Source: Myxococcales bacterium | Lineage (GTDB): Bacteria; Myxococcota_A; UBA9042; JABWCM01; BTVJ01 | DNA: 64,000 nt | Assembly: GCA_045863395.1 (NCBI GenBank) | Contig: BTVJ01000020.1 | Span: 1-64,000, forward strand | Direction: 5' to 3' | In this document: positions 39,988-49,449 of the stretch, piece after piece | Numbering within the stretch: position 1 is the first letter of the stretch | How the letters are laid out: each line of letters opens with the position of its first letter | Program-made: the position numbers and the translations under genes | The notes under the pieces: generated by a model | Told to the model about the DNA's origin: nothing | Databases searched by the model: none | Seen by the model: the letters and a program-made list of their open reading frames with translations, nothing else

Positions 39988-41991
39988 TCAGCCATCACGC
40001 GCGATGGGCTTTGCGCCCCGCAAGGGGACCTGGCCCTCCCGGTACGCCTGGTCGTACTTATAGACGTCCAGCAGGAACATGACGTGCCCGTCATCATCGA
40101 CGGAGACGGTGTTGTACTCGACATGCACCGGGATCTTGCGCCTGAGCGAGAGGCCGCGCTCCGTTCCCTTCTTGAGGATCTTGTCGAACTCCTCCGGCGT
40201 CAGGCGCCCATCCTTCTCGAAGATGAACCTGGCCATGTCCAGGGCGTTCTCCACCCGCATGCACCCGTGGCTGTACGCACGGATGGTGTTCTTGAACAGG
40301 TGCCGCTTGTTCGTGTCGTGCATGTAGATGGAGTAGTCGTTCGGGAACAGGAACTTGACGAGCCCCAGGGCATTCCACGTGCCGGGCTTCTGGTAGATCT
40401 GCATGGAGCCATCGCTCAGGGGTTGGAGCACATAGTTGTGCTTGTCCCAGTACCCCGGGTCCTTCTCCGCCAGCTTCGCCAGCTCCGTGTCGCGGATTCG
40501 CGTGGGGACCGTCCATCGCGGGTTGAGCACGATGGTCTCCATGGCGCTGCTGAAGAGCATCGTTCGGTTCAGGTTTCCCTCGACGCGGCGCTCTGGATCC
40601 ACCTCCCAGGCGTTGGAACCGACGACCACGTTGTACCGTCGCAGGAGCTTGCCGTCCTCCCAGAACTCCGCCTGGAACTGGGGGATGTTCACACGGATGT
40701 ACATCCCCGCCTCACGGCGGGTGGCGCTCTCCCTCCACCGCTGCAGGGAGAGCCTGATGTCGTCGATGCGGTCCTTGTAGGGCTTGTTCATGGACCGAAG
40801 GGTGGTCCCTGCCACGACCCCGTCCACGTCGAGCTGGTGCGTCACCTGGTAGGTGCGCACGGCCTTCTCGAGCCGCTCGTCGAACACTCCGTCCAGCGCG
40901 CCGGAGAAGTAGCCCTCCTCGGCGAGGCGCTGCTGGAGCTTCCTCACCGGATCACCCTTCTGGCCTCTCCGGTAGGTGCGGTCCGGCAGGCGGGTGAAGC
41001 GGTCGTCCGCCACGAGCTTCTCGTAGAACGCGAGGCCAGCCCGCGTGCGCTCATAGAGAGGATTGTCCGGCCACCAGGAGCGCAGCGTCTTCGCCACGTC
41101 GCCCTTGCCAGCCTCCAGATCGTCCAGCAGCTTCTGCTCGAAGACCTTGAACCCGCTGGACGGGTCTCGCATGGCCCGCCAGGGGTGCGCGACCTTCACA
41201 TACTTGAAGTCGAGGCCATAGCGGAACCAGGCGCTCAACAGGCGGATGTCCAGTGCCTGCAGCGTGTCGTTGAGCGCCTTCTTCGCCTCGAAGAGGGACG
41301 CCTGGAGCGCGACCACCTCGGCGACCGACTCGACGTCCGCGTCCGTGAGCCCCGCCTCGAGGAGGCCGGGCGCCAGATCGGCGGGCGAAGGCTCCCCCCG
41401 CACGAGCTCGAAGAGCGTACGGACCTTGCCAGCCGCACCGCTCAGCTCCTTTCCTCGCAGCTCCTGGTAGCCGGCGCTCCCTGCCTCATAGTCGGCGAGC
41501 AGCTTCTGGAGTTCGGTCAACCGATAGGGCTCGACCGCCACGCCGTGGCTCGGGAGCTCCTCGACCGCGCGGATCAGCTCGACGGCACCCGGCAGGAGCT
41601 CGGCTCCTCGCGCAAACGCGAAGCTCCACCCGTTGGCCTCATAGACCCTCTCCAGCAGGCGCCGGACCCCCTTCTCACGCGCGACGCGCTCCTTGAACGA
41701 TCGGTCGAAGGCATCGAGGAACGGCGCCTCCTGGGCGCGACGCTCCGCGATGGCCTTGCTGAGCGCCAGGGCCAGAGCATCGACAGGGGGCAGCGCCTCC
41801 CGAAGCATCTTGCTCGTGGGCGCCAGGCTGGCGGGCGCGGGTGCCGGAGGGGAGGGGTTGGTCGCACCCGCGGCAATCTGAGAGGGCGACGCCTCCGCGG
41901 ATGCCTCCGTGGGCACCGAGCTGCCGCAGGACGCCCCGCTGAACAGGAGCGCCAAGGCGAGCAGCCCCGTGGAGCATCGGGCACGGTTCAT
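39988..41991 (-). CDS. L,D-transpeptidase (YcbB/LdtD-like) lipoprotein with PG-binding domain
   Basis: Lipobox GASC; PG-binding LQQRL..DGVF..YQ..DGVV; YkuD motifs IYMHDT and SHGCMRV. Confidence 0.92.
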   Translation of the reverse strand: MNRARCSTGLLALALLFSGASCGSSVPTEASAEASPSQIAAGATNPSPPAPAPASLAPTSKMLREALPPVDALALALSKAIAERRAQEAPFLDAFDRSFKERVAREKGVRRLLERVYEANGWSFAFARGAELLPGAVELIRAVEELPSHGVAVEPYRLTELQKLLADYEAGSAGYQELRGKELSGAAGKVRTLFELVRGEPSPADLAPGLLEAGLTDADVESVAEVVALQASLFEAKKALNDTLQALDIRLLSAWFRYGLDFKYVKVAHPWRAMRDPSSGFKVFEQKLLDDLEAGKGDVAKTLRSWWPDNPLYERTRAGLAFYEKLVADDRFTRLPDRTYRRGQKGDPVRKLQQRLAEEGYFSGALDGVFDERLEKAVRTYQVTHQLDVDGVVAGTTLRSMNKPYKDRIDDIRLSLQRWRESATRREAGMYIRVNIPQFQAEFWEDGKLLRRYNVVVGSNAWEVDPERRVEGNLNRTMLFSSAMETIVLNPRWTVPTRIRDTELAKLAEKDPGYWDKHNYVLQPLSDGSMQIYQKPGTWNALGLVKFLFPNDYSIYMHDTNKRHLFKNTIRAYSHGCMRVENALDMARFIFEKDGRLTPEEFDKILKKGTERGLSLRRKIPVHVEYNTVSVDDDGHVMFLLDVYKYDQAYREGQVPLRGAKPIARDG

Positions 41992-42103
41992 CGGTTCCTC
42001 CAGACCAGCGCTCGGGGTCCTCGTGCAGTGGCTCAACTCTAGCTTCGACACTGAACGCCTGTCAACCATACAGCGTGGCAACGATCACCTCGTGCGAGGC
42101 GCC

Positions 42104-43756
42104 CTATGGGGCCGCGGGACCCGGCAGCAGGAAGGTCAGCGCGGCGCCGAAGCGCTTCTCCCAGGCCGCCTCGTTGTGCACGTGCCCGTGACCTACCATG
42201 GACAGGAGGTCGCGATCCGTCCCCAGCCAGTCCGCCCACGTTGCGAAGCCGGGTGGAACGGCGGGGCCCCACGCCAGGTGAGGGACCTCGCTCGGCGGTG
42301 TCCCAGGCGCCAGGTCCACCGGAGGCGTGGCCAGGTCACCGTCCGTGTCCCACTCGGGCCGGCCCTGCCACCCTCGCGCGATGAGGGCGTTGCGCGTCCA
42401 ATCGGAGTAGACCCATGCGTCCGCCTCGTAGGTGACCGCGCCCTCGAAGGTCTGGTCGCCGCTGTCCATATAGAGCCTGAACGCGCCAGGGGCCGGATCC
42501 TCCTGCGCGATGACCTCCCGCAGGCTCGGAGCCCATGCCGCGTCGCCTTTCTCGCCGACCCAGAACGAGCCGGAGAACGATCCGCAGAGCCCGAAGATGC
42601 CCGGCGAGGTCACCGCCAGGTAGAGCGCGGACAGACCACCGAGCGACGAGCCCGCGATGCCCGTGTGCGCAGGCTCGGGCAAGGTCCGCAGGGTCGAATC
42701 GACGAGCGGCTTCACGGTGCCGACGACGAACGCGCCATAGGAGTCCAGCTTTGCCGCCGAGGCCACTCCCTCCCCAAGGTCGATGGGGGCATGGAGGTAC
42801 TCGTCGAACCGATCATGGGTGTCGATGCCCACGAGGATGGCGGGCGCGACGCGTCCGTCCGCCATCAGCGCGTCCGCCGTGACGTCCACGTTCCACGAGC
42901 CGAAGGGGGCCGCCGGGTTCGTGAAGACGTTGAAGCCGTCCTGGAGGTAGATCACCGGGAAGCGGGCCGTCTCGTCCTGAAAGTACGCGGCCGGCAGGTA
43001 GACGTACAGGTCTCGCTCGTTCGCCAGCTCCGAGGACCAGACGCCGGGGATGAGACGCAGCCGGCTCGACCCGGGTCCGTAGATGGCCGAGTTCGGCCCG
43101 AAGGGCCCGAAGTGGAAGTAGACATTGGACGAGTCGACCTTCCACGCGCCGTCCACTCGGAGCTTGTACTCCACGAGGGCCGGGCTCCCCATGTCCACGA
43201 TGCCCCACCACACGTCGGGCCTTACCGGAACCGGCGCAAGAGGCTCACCGCCCTCCCAGCCATTGAAGTCGCCAAGCACGAGGACCTCTCCGGCACCAGC
43301 CTGGACGGTCACGAACAGACAGCGCAGCCCATCGCAGAGCGGCGTCTCCCAGGCGGTCAGGAAGCCGTCGATGCCCACGCCGTCCTGAGCAGCGACGAGC
43401 ACCTCGAAGGCCCCGATGGTCGGGGGCGGGTCGAGGGTGTCCGTGCCCCCACCCACGTCCGGCGAGGCGTCATCGCCGGCGTCTGGGGCGAGGGCGTCGA
43501 CCCCGGGCAGGGAGTCATCTGCAATCTCGTGCGCGTCGAGAAGAGAACCCGTCGCGTCGCCGAGGCCGTCGACCGCCACCCCGACGTCGAACTGTGCCCG
43601 CGAGGTGGAATCCGCCACGGCACCCGGCGAGGTCGAATCCGCCCAGCCACCCGGCGAGATCGCGTCCACCGCCCCGCCCCCGAGGTCCCCTCCGGCGAGC
43701 GGCTCGACGGCCCCGCAGCCCAGGAAGAGCCAGGCCGCCAGGAGGCTCGCTCTCAC
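42104..43756 (-). CDS. Alpha/beta-hydrolase (Fes/IroE-like esterase) lipoprotein with a CBM48-like domain
   Basis: Lipobox FLGC; GDFNGW..EYKLRVDG; YLQDG, GSSLGG nucleophile elbow, HNEAAW. Confidence 0.85.
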   Translation of the reverse strand: MRASLLAAWLFLGCGAVEPLAGGDLGGGAVDAISPGGWADSTSPGAVADSTSRAQFDVGVAVDGLGDATGSLLDAHEIADDSLPGVDALAPDAGDDASPDVGGGTDTLDPPPTIGAFEVLVAAQDGVGIDGFLTAWETPLCDGLRCLFVTVQAGAGEVLVLGDFNGWEGGEPLAPVPVRPDVWWGIVDMGSPALVEYKLRVDGAWKVDSSNVYFHFGPFGPNSAIYGPGSSRLRLIPGVWSSELANERDLYVYLPAAYFQDETARFPVIYLQDGFNVFTNPAAPFGSWNVDVTADALMADGRVAPAILVGIDTHDRFDEYLHAPIDLGEGVASAAKLDSYGAFVVGTVKPLVDSTLRTLPEPAHTGIAGSSLGGLSALYLAVTSPGIFGLCGSFSGSFWVGEKGDAAWAPSLREVIAQEDPAPGAFRLYMDSGDQTFEGAVTYEADAWVYSDWTRNALIARGWQGRPEWDTDGDLATPPVDLAPGTPPSEVPHLAWGPAVPPGFATWADWLGTDRDLLSMVGHGHVHNEAAWEKRFGAALTFLLPGPAAP

Positions 43757-44169
43757 GGCACGACCGGCGCCGGGAGGCCGACCTCCAGCGTGAACTCGGT
43801 GGTCTCCAGCGGGTCGCCGGCGCCAGCGCGCAGATCATCGGGCGTCACGCGGATGCGGAGCTTCGTCGAGGGCGGAATCCCGGTGGTATCCCAGAGAAAC
43901 ACGTGCTCCCTGCCGGGCCACTCCTTCGCGGACGTGAGGCCGACATCGCCGTGGCCGCCCGGCACCGCGACGAGGGGCTTCGGCTCCTGGCCCGGCGCGA
44001 CAAAGACCAGCTCCAGGTCAACCGGGTCTCCCTCCCAGTCCTGGACCCAGAGGGTGATGCGCGCGGTATCCGGGCCCATGGGCACGACAGGCCCGAGGCC
44101 CGTGACAACCGGCACCACGTTGTCGAAGAGGAGCGGCTCGGTGCAAGCACCGAGAGAGACCGCTGCCAT
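43753..44169 (-). CDS. Small Ig-fold-like lipoprotein
   Basis: Lipobox LGAC; overlaps both neighbours (TGATG and GTGA). Confidence 0.7.
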   Translation of the reverse strand: MAAVSLGACTEPLLFDNVVPVVTGLGPVVPMGPDTARITLWVQDWEGDPVDLELVFVAPGQEPKPLVAVPGGHGDVGLTSAKEWPGREHVFLWDTTGIPPSTKLRIRVTPDDLRAGAGDPLETTEFTLEVGLPAPVVP

Positions 44170-46421
44170 CAAGGCGAACCGAGCGCCTCGACGAAGCCCG
44201 GTCCGTGATTGGAGGGAAGACCCCATCTGCGCTTGCTCCACCGCTCGCCGTGGGCGAGCCAGAATCCCATGACGTCGCGCACCGCTCGGTGCGCCACGGG
44301 CTGCTGCTCCTTGACGTCGGTCGACTCCCCCGGATCCGCGTCCAGGTCGAAGAGGTCGTCGTTGTCGCCGCCGCGAAGCATGTACTTCCAACGCCCGATC
44401 TTCAAGGATCGCGCGAGGTCTCCCTTCTGCGCAAACGCAGGCCGCGGGAGGTCGGGGCGGGCACCGAAGACGTCGGCCGAGAGGTCGTCCCCCTGGTGAG
44501 CCTCCACGGCGCCGAGCCCCGCCAGGGACACGACGGTCGGCGCGAGGTCGACGATCTCGACGTCGCCCCGCACGACGCGCGGCGGGAGCCCCCCCTTGCG
44601 CCACAGCAGGAACGGCACCGAGATCAGCTCCTCGTGCAGTCCCTGGCCATGGCCGACGCCTCCGCGCTCGAACATCTCCTCGCCGTGGTCCGAGGTCACG
44701 ACGATCAGCGTCTCGTCGAGCACCCCGAGCTCCTCCAGGTGCGCGATCAGCCGCCCGAGCTGGGCGTCGTTGTAGGCTACCTCGCCGTCATAGGTCGCCT
44801 CCAGACGCTGGCGGTCACGCGCGCTCAGCTTCTGGGCGCCGGACTGGATCCGATTGAGGAAGTGCCCTGAGATGTTGCGCGGAACGGGTCCGGAGTAGGG
44901 CTCCGGGTCGTACTCGAGCGCGTACTCGTCTCGCCAGTGGTAGGCGACGTGAGGATCCACCGTCGCCAGATACATGAAGAGGCGGTCACCCTTGCGCGCG
45001 GCGATCCAGGGGAGCACGTCCTTCAGCATGTTCCCGGTGTGGGCTGGCAGCTCCTCGCGAATGTAGTTCTTGTACGTGCCCCACCCTTGCTTGAAGCCCC
45101 ACTTCGTCGACACGTAGCCGTTCGACAGGAACGCCGCCGTCTTGAAGCCCGCGGCGGCAAAGGTCTCGGACAGGAGCTCCACCTGGCGATCGATCCGCGT
45201 CTCCGCGGTCGTATGGCCATGGACCTCGGGGTGCAGCCCCGTCAGGAGGCTCGCGTGTGACGGAATCGAGTAGGCCCCTTGGACCGTGGCCCATCGGAAC
45301 ACCACCCCCTCGCGGGCGAGGCGGTCCATGTTCGGCGTCCGGACGCGGCTCTGCGGATTGTATGCCCGCAGCCGGTCCGCGCGGAGGGTGTCCACCATCC
45401 AGATGATCACGTTGCGCGCAGGCCCGGAGGAGACGTCCGCCTTGGGCTCGGGCACAGTCAGCCGCGCAGTGGCCCAGCGGACCGGCCCGCTCGCCTCGAG
45501 GCGGAGCCGCACGGCGTCCCCGGCGAGGGCGCCCAGGTCGACCACGCGCGGTGCGCCGTCCGCGGGCCCCTCGGCGCGCACCTCGGGTCCACCCGCGCTC
45601 GGCTCGACGACGACGCGAAACGTGGAGTCCGGCGCACCCCCGACAGGCGTCACCTCCAGGACGGCGGCGTCAGGGACCACCGCATACCACTCGAGTCCGT
45701 CGAAGGCGCCGCCGTCCAGGGCGCCGTCCGGGGTCACCAGGGCCGCCGTGGGGGGCGGGTCCTCCGAGGCGGCCGGTCCTACGGCCACCCATGCGATCGC
45801 GGCCCCGGAGCGGTGGACTCCAACGGGCACGGACCTCCGGAAGTGGAGTCGGATCCGGTTCTCTCCGTCTATGATGGCTCCCGCCGGGATCGCCCGCTCG
45901 ATGACGGTCCACCCACTCCGCAGGCTACCGGTCGCAAGGCGCGTGTCGTTGACGGTGATGTCCACCCGCTGGTCGGAACCGAACGGGTGCAGTCGCACCC
46001 GCAGCACGCACCCCTCCCGACAGGCGGCGGCCCGGAGCGGCACCCGGAGCACGCCTTGCACGCCGCTCGTCATGGCGCACGCCTCACCCTCGACGCGCTG
46101 GTCCATGATCCACGACGACCTCCAGCGCCCCTGGGTGTACTTCGCGGCACCCGGGCTCCCCAGCGGCACGACGAGTGCCCCGCGGTGCGTGAGGTGCGCC
46201 AGGAAGCGGTTCGAGGCCAGGTCGAAGGCGGCGACGCGCAGCGCAGGGGTCGGTGCCGGCGTCGCCACGGGCACCGGAATCCTGGGAGCGGGCGCCTCTG
46301 CTGGGACGGACTCCAAGGCGGGGGACACAGACCGACTCGGGGCCTCGGAGGCCGTCCCCGTCCCATCACAGGCCGCGGCGGCCACGGCCAGCGCAACGGT
46401 CGATATGGCAAGCGCGCGCAT
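44169..46421 (-). CDS. Sulfatase/alkaline phosphatase superfamily lipoprotein
   Basis: VDTLRAD, SIPSHASLLTG (Ser-type, non-canonical), DPH, SDHGEE. Confidence 0.9.
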   Translation of the reverse strand: MRALAISTVALAVAAAACDGTGTASEAPSRSVSPALESVPAEAPAPRIPVPVATPAPTPALRVAAFDLASNRFLAHLTHRGALVVPLGSPGAAKYTQGRWRSSWIMDQRVEGEACAMTSGVQGVLRVPLRAAACREGCVLRVRLHPFGSDQRVDITVNDTRLATGSLRSGWTVIERAIPAGAIIDGENRIRLHFRRSVPVGVHRSGAAIAWVAVGPAASEDPPPTAALVTPDGALDGGAFDGLEWYAVVPDAAVLEVTPVGGAPDSTFRVVVEPSAGGPEVRAEGPADGAPRVVDLGALAGDAVRLRLEASGPVRWATARLTVPEPKADVSSGPARNVIIWMVDTLRADRLRAYNPQSRVRTPNMDRLAREGVVFRWATVQGAYSIPSHASLLTGLHPEVHGHTTAETRIDRQVELLSETFAAAGFKTAAFLSNGYVSTKWGFKQGWGTYKNYIREELPAHTGNMLKDVLPWIAARKGDRLFMYLATVDPHVAYHWRDEYALEYDPEPYSGPVPRNISGHFLNRIQSGAQKLSARDRQRLEATYDGEVAYNDAQLGRLIAHLEELGVLDETLIVVTSDHGEEMFERGGVGHGQGLHEELISVPFLLWRKGGLPPRVVRGDVEIVDLAPTVVSLAGLGAVEAHQGDDLSADVFGARPDLPRPAFAQKGDLARSLKIGRWKYMLRGGDNDDLFDLDADPGESTDVKEQQPVAHRAVRDVMGFWLAHGERWSKRRWGLPSNHGPGFVEALGSP

Positions 46422-46589
46422 CGATGGCCCGGGATACCACCTGAGGACTGCGGGGTCAAGCCGGCTGGCCAGCGCGGCTGGCGCCCCGTTCCAACCTCAC
46501 GTCTCCGCACCCGGCCGTCGCTGCACCCGGGGCAGGGACGATCATGAGCCTCCACGGGAGCCTGGGCCCTTGTTCCAGCGACCGGGAGC

Positions 46590-48698
46590 GTGGCAGACTC
46601 CGACGTCATGACCAGCCACCCGGCACACCTTCGACCGTGCCCCCCAAGCGCTCTGACCGCCGCCAGGCGCCTGTGCGGGTCGGGCACGGACCTGCTGGTC
46701 GCGCTCTTCGTGGCCGCGCTGCTCCCGGGCTGCGGCGACTCTCCGTCGAACACGGTGGGGGACCCTTGCTCTGCGGGCGCCCGGGTCTGCGACGGGCAGA
46801 CCGTGCTCCTGTGCAGCGCCGCCATCTCGACCTTCGTGGTGGAGCGGGAGTGTCCCACCGGCACGATCTGCTCGGCGGGTGAGTGTCGCCCCTCCTTCAC
46901 GGGGAGCGACGAGCTGCCAGACACTGGCGACGCCTCACCGGACCTCCCGGACGCGGGACCTGGCGGCAAGCCCGTGGAGGACGCGGGGGCCACCCAGCCG
47001 CACGATGGTGGCGAGACGGATGGTGCCGGCATGATTGATGGCCTGGCTCCGGCCGACACCGACGCCAACCAGGACGCAGCGACCATGGTGGACACCCCGA
47101 CGCCCATCGACGCACCGCACGTCATGGACACCGCCCCTCTCGACGACGCCACGGAGCCGGACGCCTCAGACGCCCCGGAGGTCGCGGACACGCAGCCCCC
47201 CGACGTCGACCAGCCCATCGACGTGCCGGTCACGCCCGATGCCCAGCCCCCCGACCCCTGCGGCAACGGCAAGCTGGACCCCGGTGAGCTGTGCGATCCC
47301 GCCATCGCGGCTGGCACCGGCGCCTGCCCCACGTCGTGCTACGACCCGCCGGGCTGCGCGATCCTGCTTCTCCAGGGGGACGCCGCCACCTGCAACGCCG
47401 TGTGCGAGAAGGTCCTCGTGTCGGAGCCGATCCCTGGGGACGACTGCTGCCCCGACGGCATGACCGCTGCCATGGACCCGGACTGCGCGGGCGAGTGCGG
47501 CAATGGCAAGAAGGACGGTGACGAGGAGTGCGACGGTGCCGACCTGGGCAACGGCACCTGCGGCACGTTCAGCCCCGCAAAGCCCTCATGCCTCGCGAAC
47601 TGCACGCTCTCGACCCTCCCGTGCCCGGGCACGCACGTGCTCCTGTACGAGAAGGTCAAGAATCTGAAGATCCTGGGTGACCTGTTCAGGGTCCGGTGGC
47701 ACCCCTCCGGCGCCTTCGCCCTGATCCTGGCGGGTGGTGGCGACGTCATCCGCTATGACGCGGACACCGACGAGCTCGTGGTGCTCGGCAACCTGTACGG
47801 TCCTCAGGACCTGGACGTCCACCCATCCGGGGACTACTTCGTCATCGTCGGCGCCGACAAGTCCAAGGTCGGGCACCGGTGGAGGGCCACGGTCGCCGAG
47901 GACCTGACGGTCACGCTCTCGGACGACGGCGTCCTGAGCAACGGGACCCCCGTCGCCGTCGTGTGGTCGGGCTGGAACGACCACTGGATCGCGGGCGCAA
48001 GGAGCGAGTACCCCTACACCAACTGGCTCACCCTCTGGGTGGACGGCGGGCCCCCGAAGCTCAAGGCGTGGTCATCCGGGGCGGGCCTCATCGACCTCAT
48101 GGTCGGGCACCCGTCCGTCTACTTCGGCGAGCCCACCGTGATCACCTCGGAGGGGGTCAACGGCAAGGACAGCAAGGCCTACATCCTGACCGAGGACGCC
48201 CTGCTGTCCTCCGGCATGCCAGCCAGCTTCGGCAACGCCGGGGCCGCGGCGTGGCGGCCCGGCGGCGGCTACGGCCTCGTCGCCGGGTGGTCGGCAGGCA
48301 AGCTCTACGTCCACACGGGATCGGCGTGGACCATGATGGCGCTCCCCAACGGCATCCCCAACGGTGCGGGCCCCAACGGCATCGCGTGGAAGGAGGACGG
48401 CAGCCGCGCCCTGATCGTCGGCAACGCCATCGGAACCTCGCTGCGCGCCATCGTGGTGGACCACCGCCCTGCTGGGAACCCGGCCTTCGACTCGTCGGCG
48501 TTCATCGAGCAGTCGATCAGCGGGTGGAGCAACCCGCCGTACAGCATGACGTCAGACGCGGATCTCCTGGCAGTGGACTGGCGCCCGGGCGAGTGTGACG
48601 AGGGCCTGATCGTCGGCTCGGATCCGGCCACCACCTGGAACCCGACGTTCGGCACGATCATCCGCTTTCGCGACCAGGACGACCCGGACTGCGAGTAG
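46590..48698 (+). CDS. Secreted lipoprotein with myxobacterial Cys-rich repeats and a C-terminal beta-propeller (start uncertain)
   Basis: Lipobox LPGC; Asp/Pro linker; CGNGKLDPGELCD and CGNGKKDGDEECD repeats; WHPSG/WRPG blade motifs. Confidence 0.8.
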   Translation: MADSDVMTSHPAHLRPCPPSALTAARRLCGSGTDLLVALFVAALLPGCGDSPSNTVGDPCSAGARVCDGQTVLLCSAAISTFVVERECPTGTICSAGECRPSFTGSDELPDTGDASPDLPDAGPGGKPVEDAGATQPHDGGETDGAGMIDGLAPADTDANQDAATMVDTPTPIDAPHVMDTAPLDDATEPDASDAPEVADTQPPDVDQPIDVPVTPDAQPPDPCGNGKLDPGELCDPAIAAGTGACPTSCYDPPGCAILLLQGDAATCNAVCEKVLVSEPIPGDDCCPDGMTAAMDPDCAGECGNGKKDGDEECDGADLGNGTCGTFSPAKPSCLANCTLSTLPCPGTHVLLYEKVKNLKILGDLFRVRWHPSGAFALILAGGGDVIRYDADTDELVVLGNLYGPQDLDVHPSGDYFVIVGADKSKVGHRWRATVAEDLTVTLSDDGVLSNGTPVAVVWSGWNDHWIAGARSEYPYTNWLTLWVDGGPPKLKAWSSGAGLIDLMVGHPSVYFGEPTVITSEGVNGKDSKAYILTEDALLSSGMPASFGNAGAAAWRPGGGYGLVAGWSAGKLYVHTGSAWTMMALPNGIPNGAGPNGIAWKEDGSRALIVGNAIGTSLRAIVVDHRPAGNPAFDSSAFIEQSISGWSNPPYSMTSDADLLAVDWRPGECDEGLIVGSDPATTWNPTFGTIIRFRDQDDPDCE

Positions 48699-48740
48699 CG
48701 CCGGGCGGGCCCCCGCCGAGCCGGCACTGGTGGAGGAGCC

Positions 48741-49334
48741 ATGGCCATCCGCGACATCCTGACCGCAGGTCACCCGACCCTGTACGAGCCCACGCGGGAG
48801 CTGGACACTTCGGAGATCACAGCCTCCCGGACCACGCAGCTCATCGCGGATCTGGTGGACACCATGCGCGCGCGGGGGGGCGCCGGCCTCGCGGCGAACC
48901 AGGTGGGGGAGGCGGTCAGGGTCTGCGTCATCGAAGTGCGCGAGCGCAACCCGCGCTATCCGTTTCTTCCGACAATCCCGCTCCGCGTGATGATCAACCC
49001 CCGAATCACGGCGCTCAGTGACGCCCCGCGGCTTCAAAGCTACGAGGGTTGCCTCTCCGTCCCCGGCCTGCGCGGGCTGGTCCTTCGGCACGAGCACATT
49101 CGCGTCGGGTACGTGGACGAGGGGGGCGCAGTCCGAACGCTTCGAGCCCGGGGCACCGCCGCCATCGTGTTCCAGCACGAGGTGGACCACCTGGACGGGC
49201 GCCTCTTCCTGGACCTGGTCACGGACCCCCGCACCCTGGTGACCACCGAGAGCTTCGAGCGCTGGCACCGGGACCCGTGGCTGCTCCGCCTGAGGGCTGC
49301 GGAGATACCTGGTCCCGAGATCATCGACGAGTGA
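48741..49334 (+). CDS. def: Peptide deformylase
   Basis: GAGLAANQ, EGCLS and HEVDH motifs. Confidence 0.96.
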   Translation: MAIRDILTAGHPTLYEPTRELDTSEITASRTTQLIADLVDTMRARGGAGLAANQVGEAVRVCVIEVRERNPRYPFLPTIPLRVMINPRITALSDAPRLQSYEGCLSVPGLRGLVLRHEHIRVGYVDEGGAVRTLRARGTAAIVFQHEVDHLDGRLFLDLVTDPRTLVTTESFERWHRDPWLLRLRAAEIPGPEIIDE

Positions 49335-49424
49335 GCTGCGGTCCGGCTCGTGGGACGACGTACTCGGCCTGCGGCGGAGAGGCGACCCAAGCTGGTGGGT
49401 GGATGGATGAGGCGATCTGAGGAC

Positions 49425-49449
49425 AAAAAAATGTGAGGCGCTGACGACG
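49425..49449 (-). terminator. 3' arm of the closing helix plus U7 tract (putative 3' end of the ncRNA)
   Basis: CGUCGUCAGCGCCUCAC-A-UUUUUUU on the minus strand; long A/T runs are rare in this GC-rich window. Confidence 0.55.
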
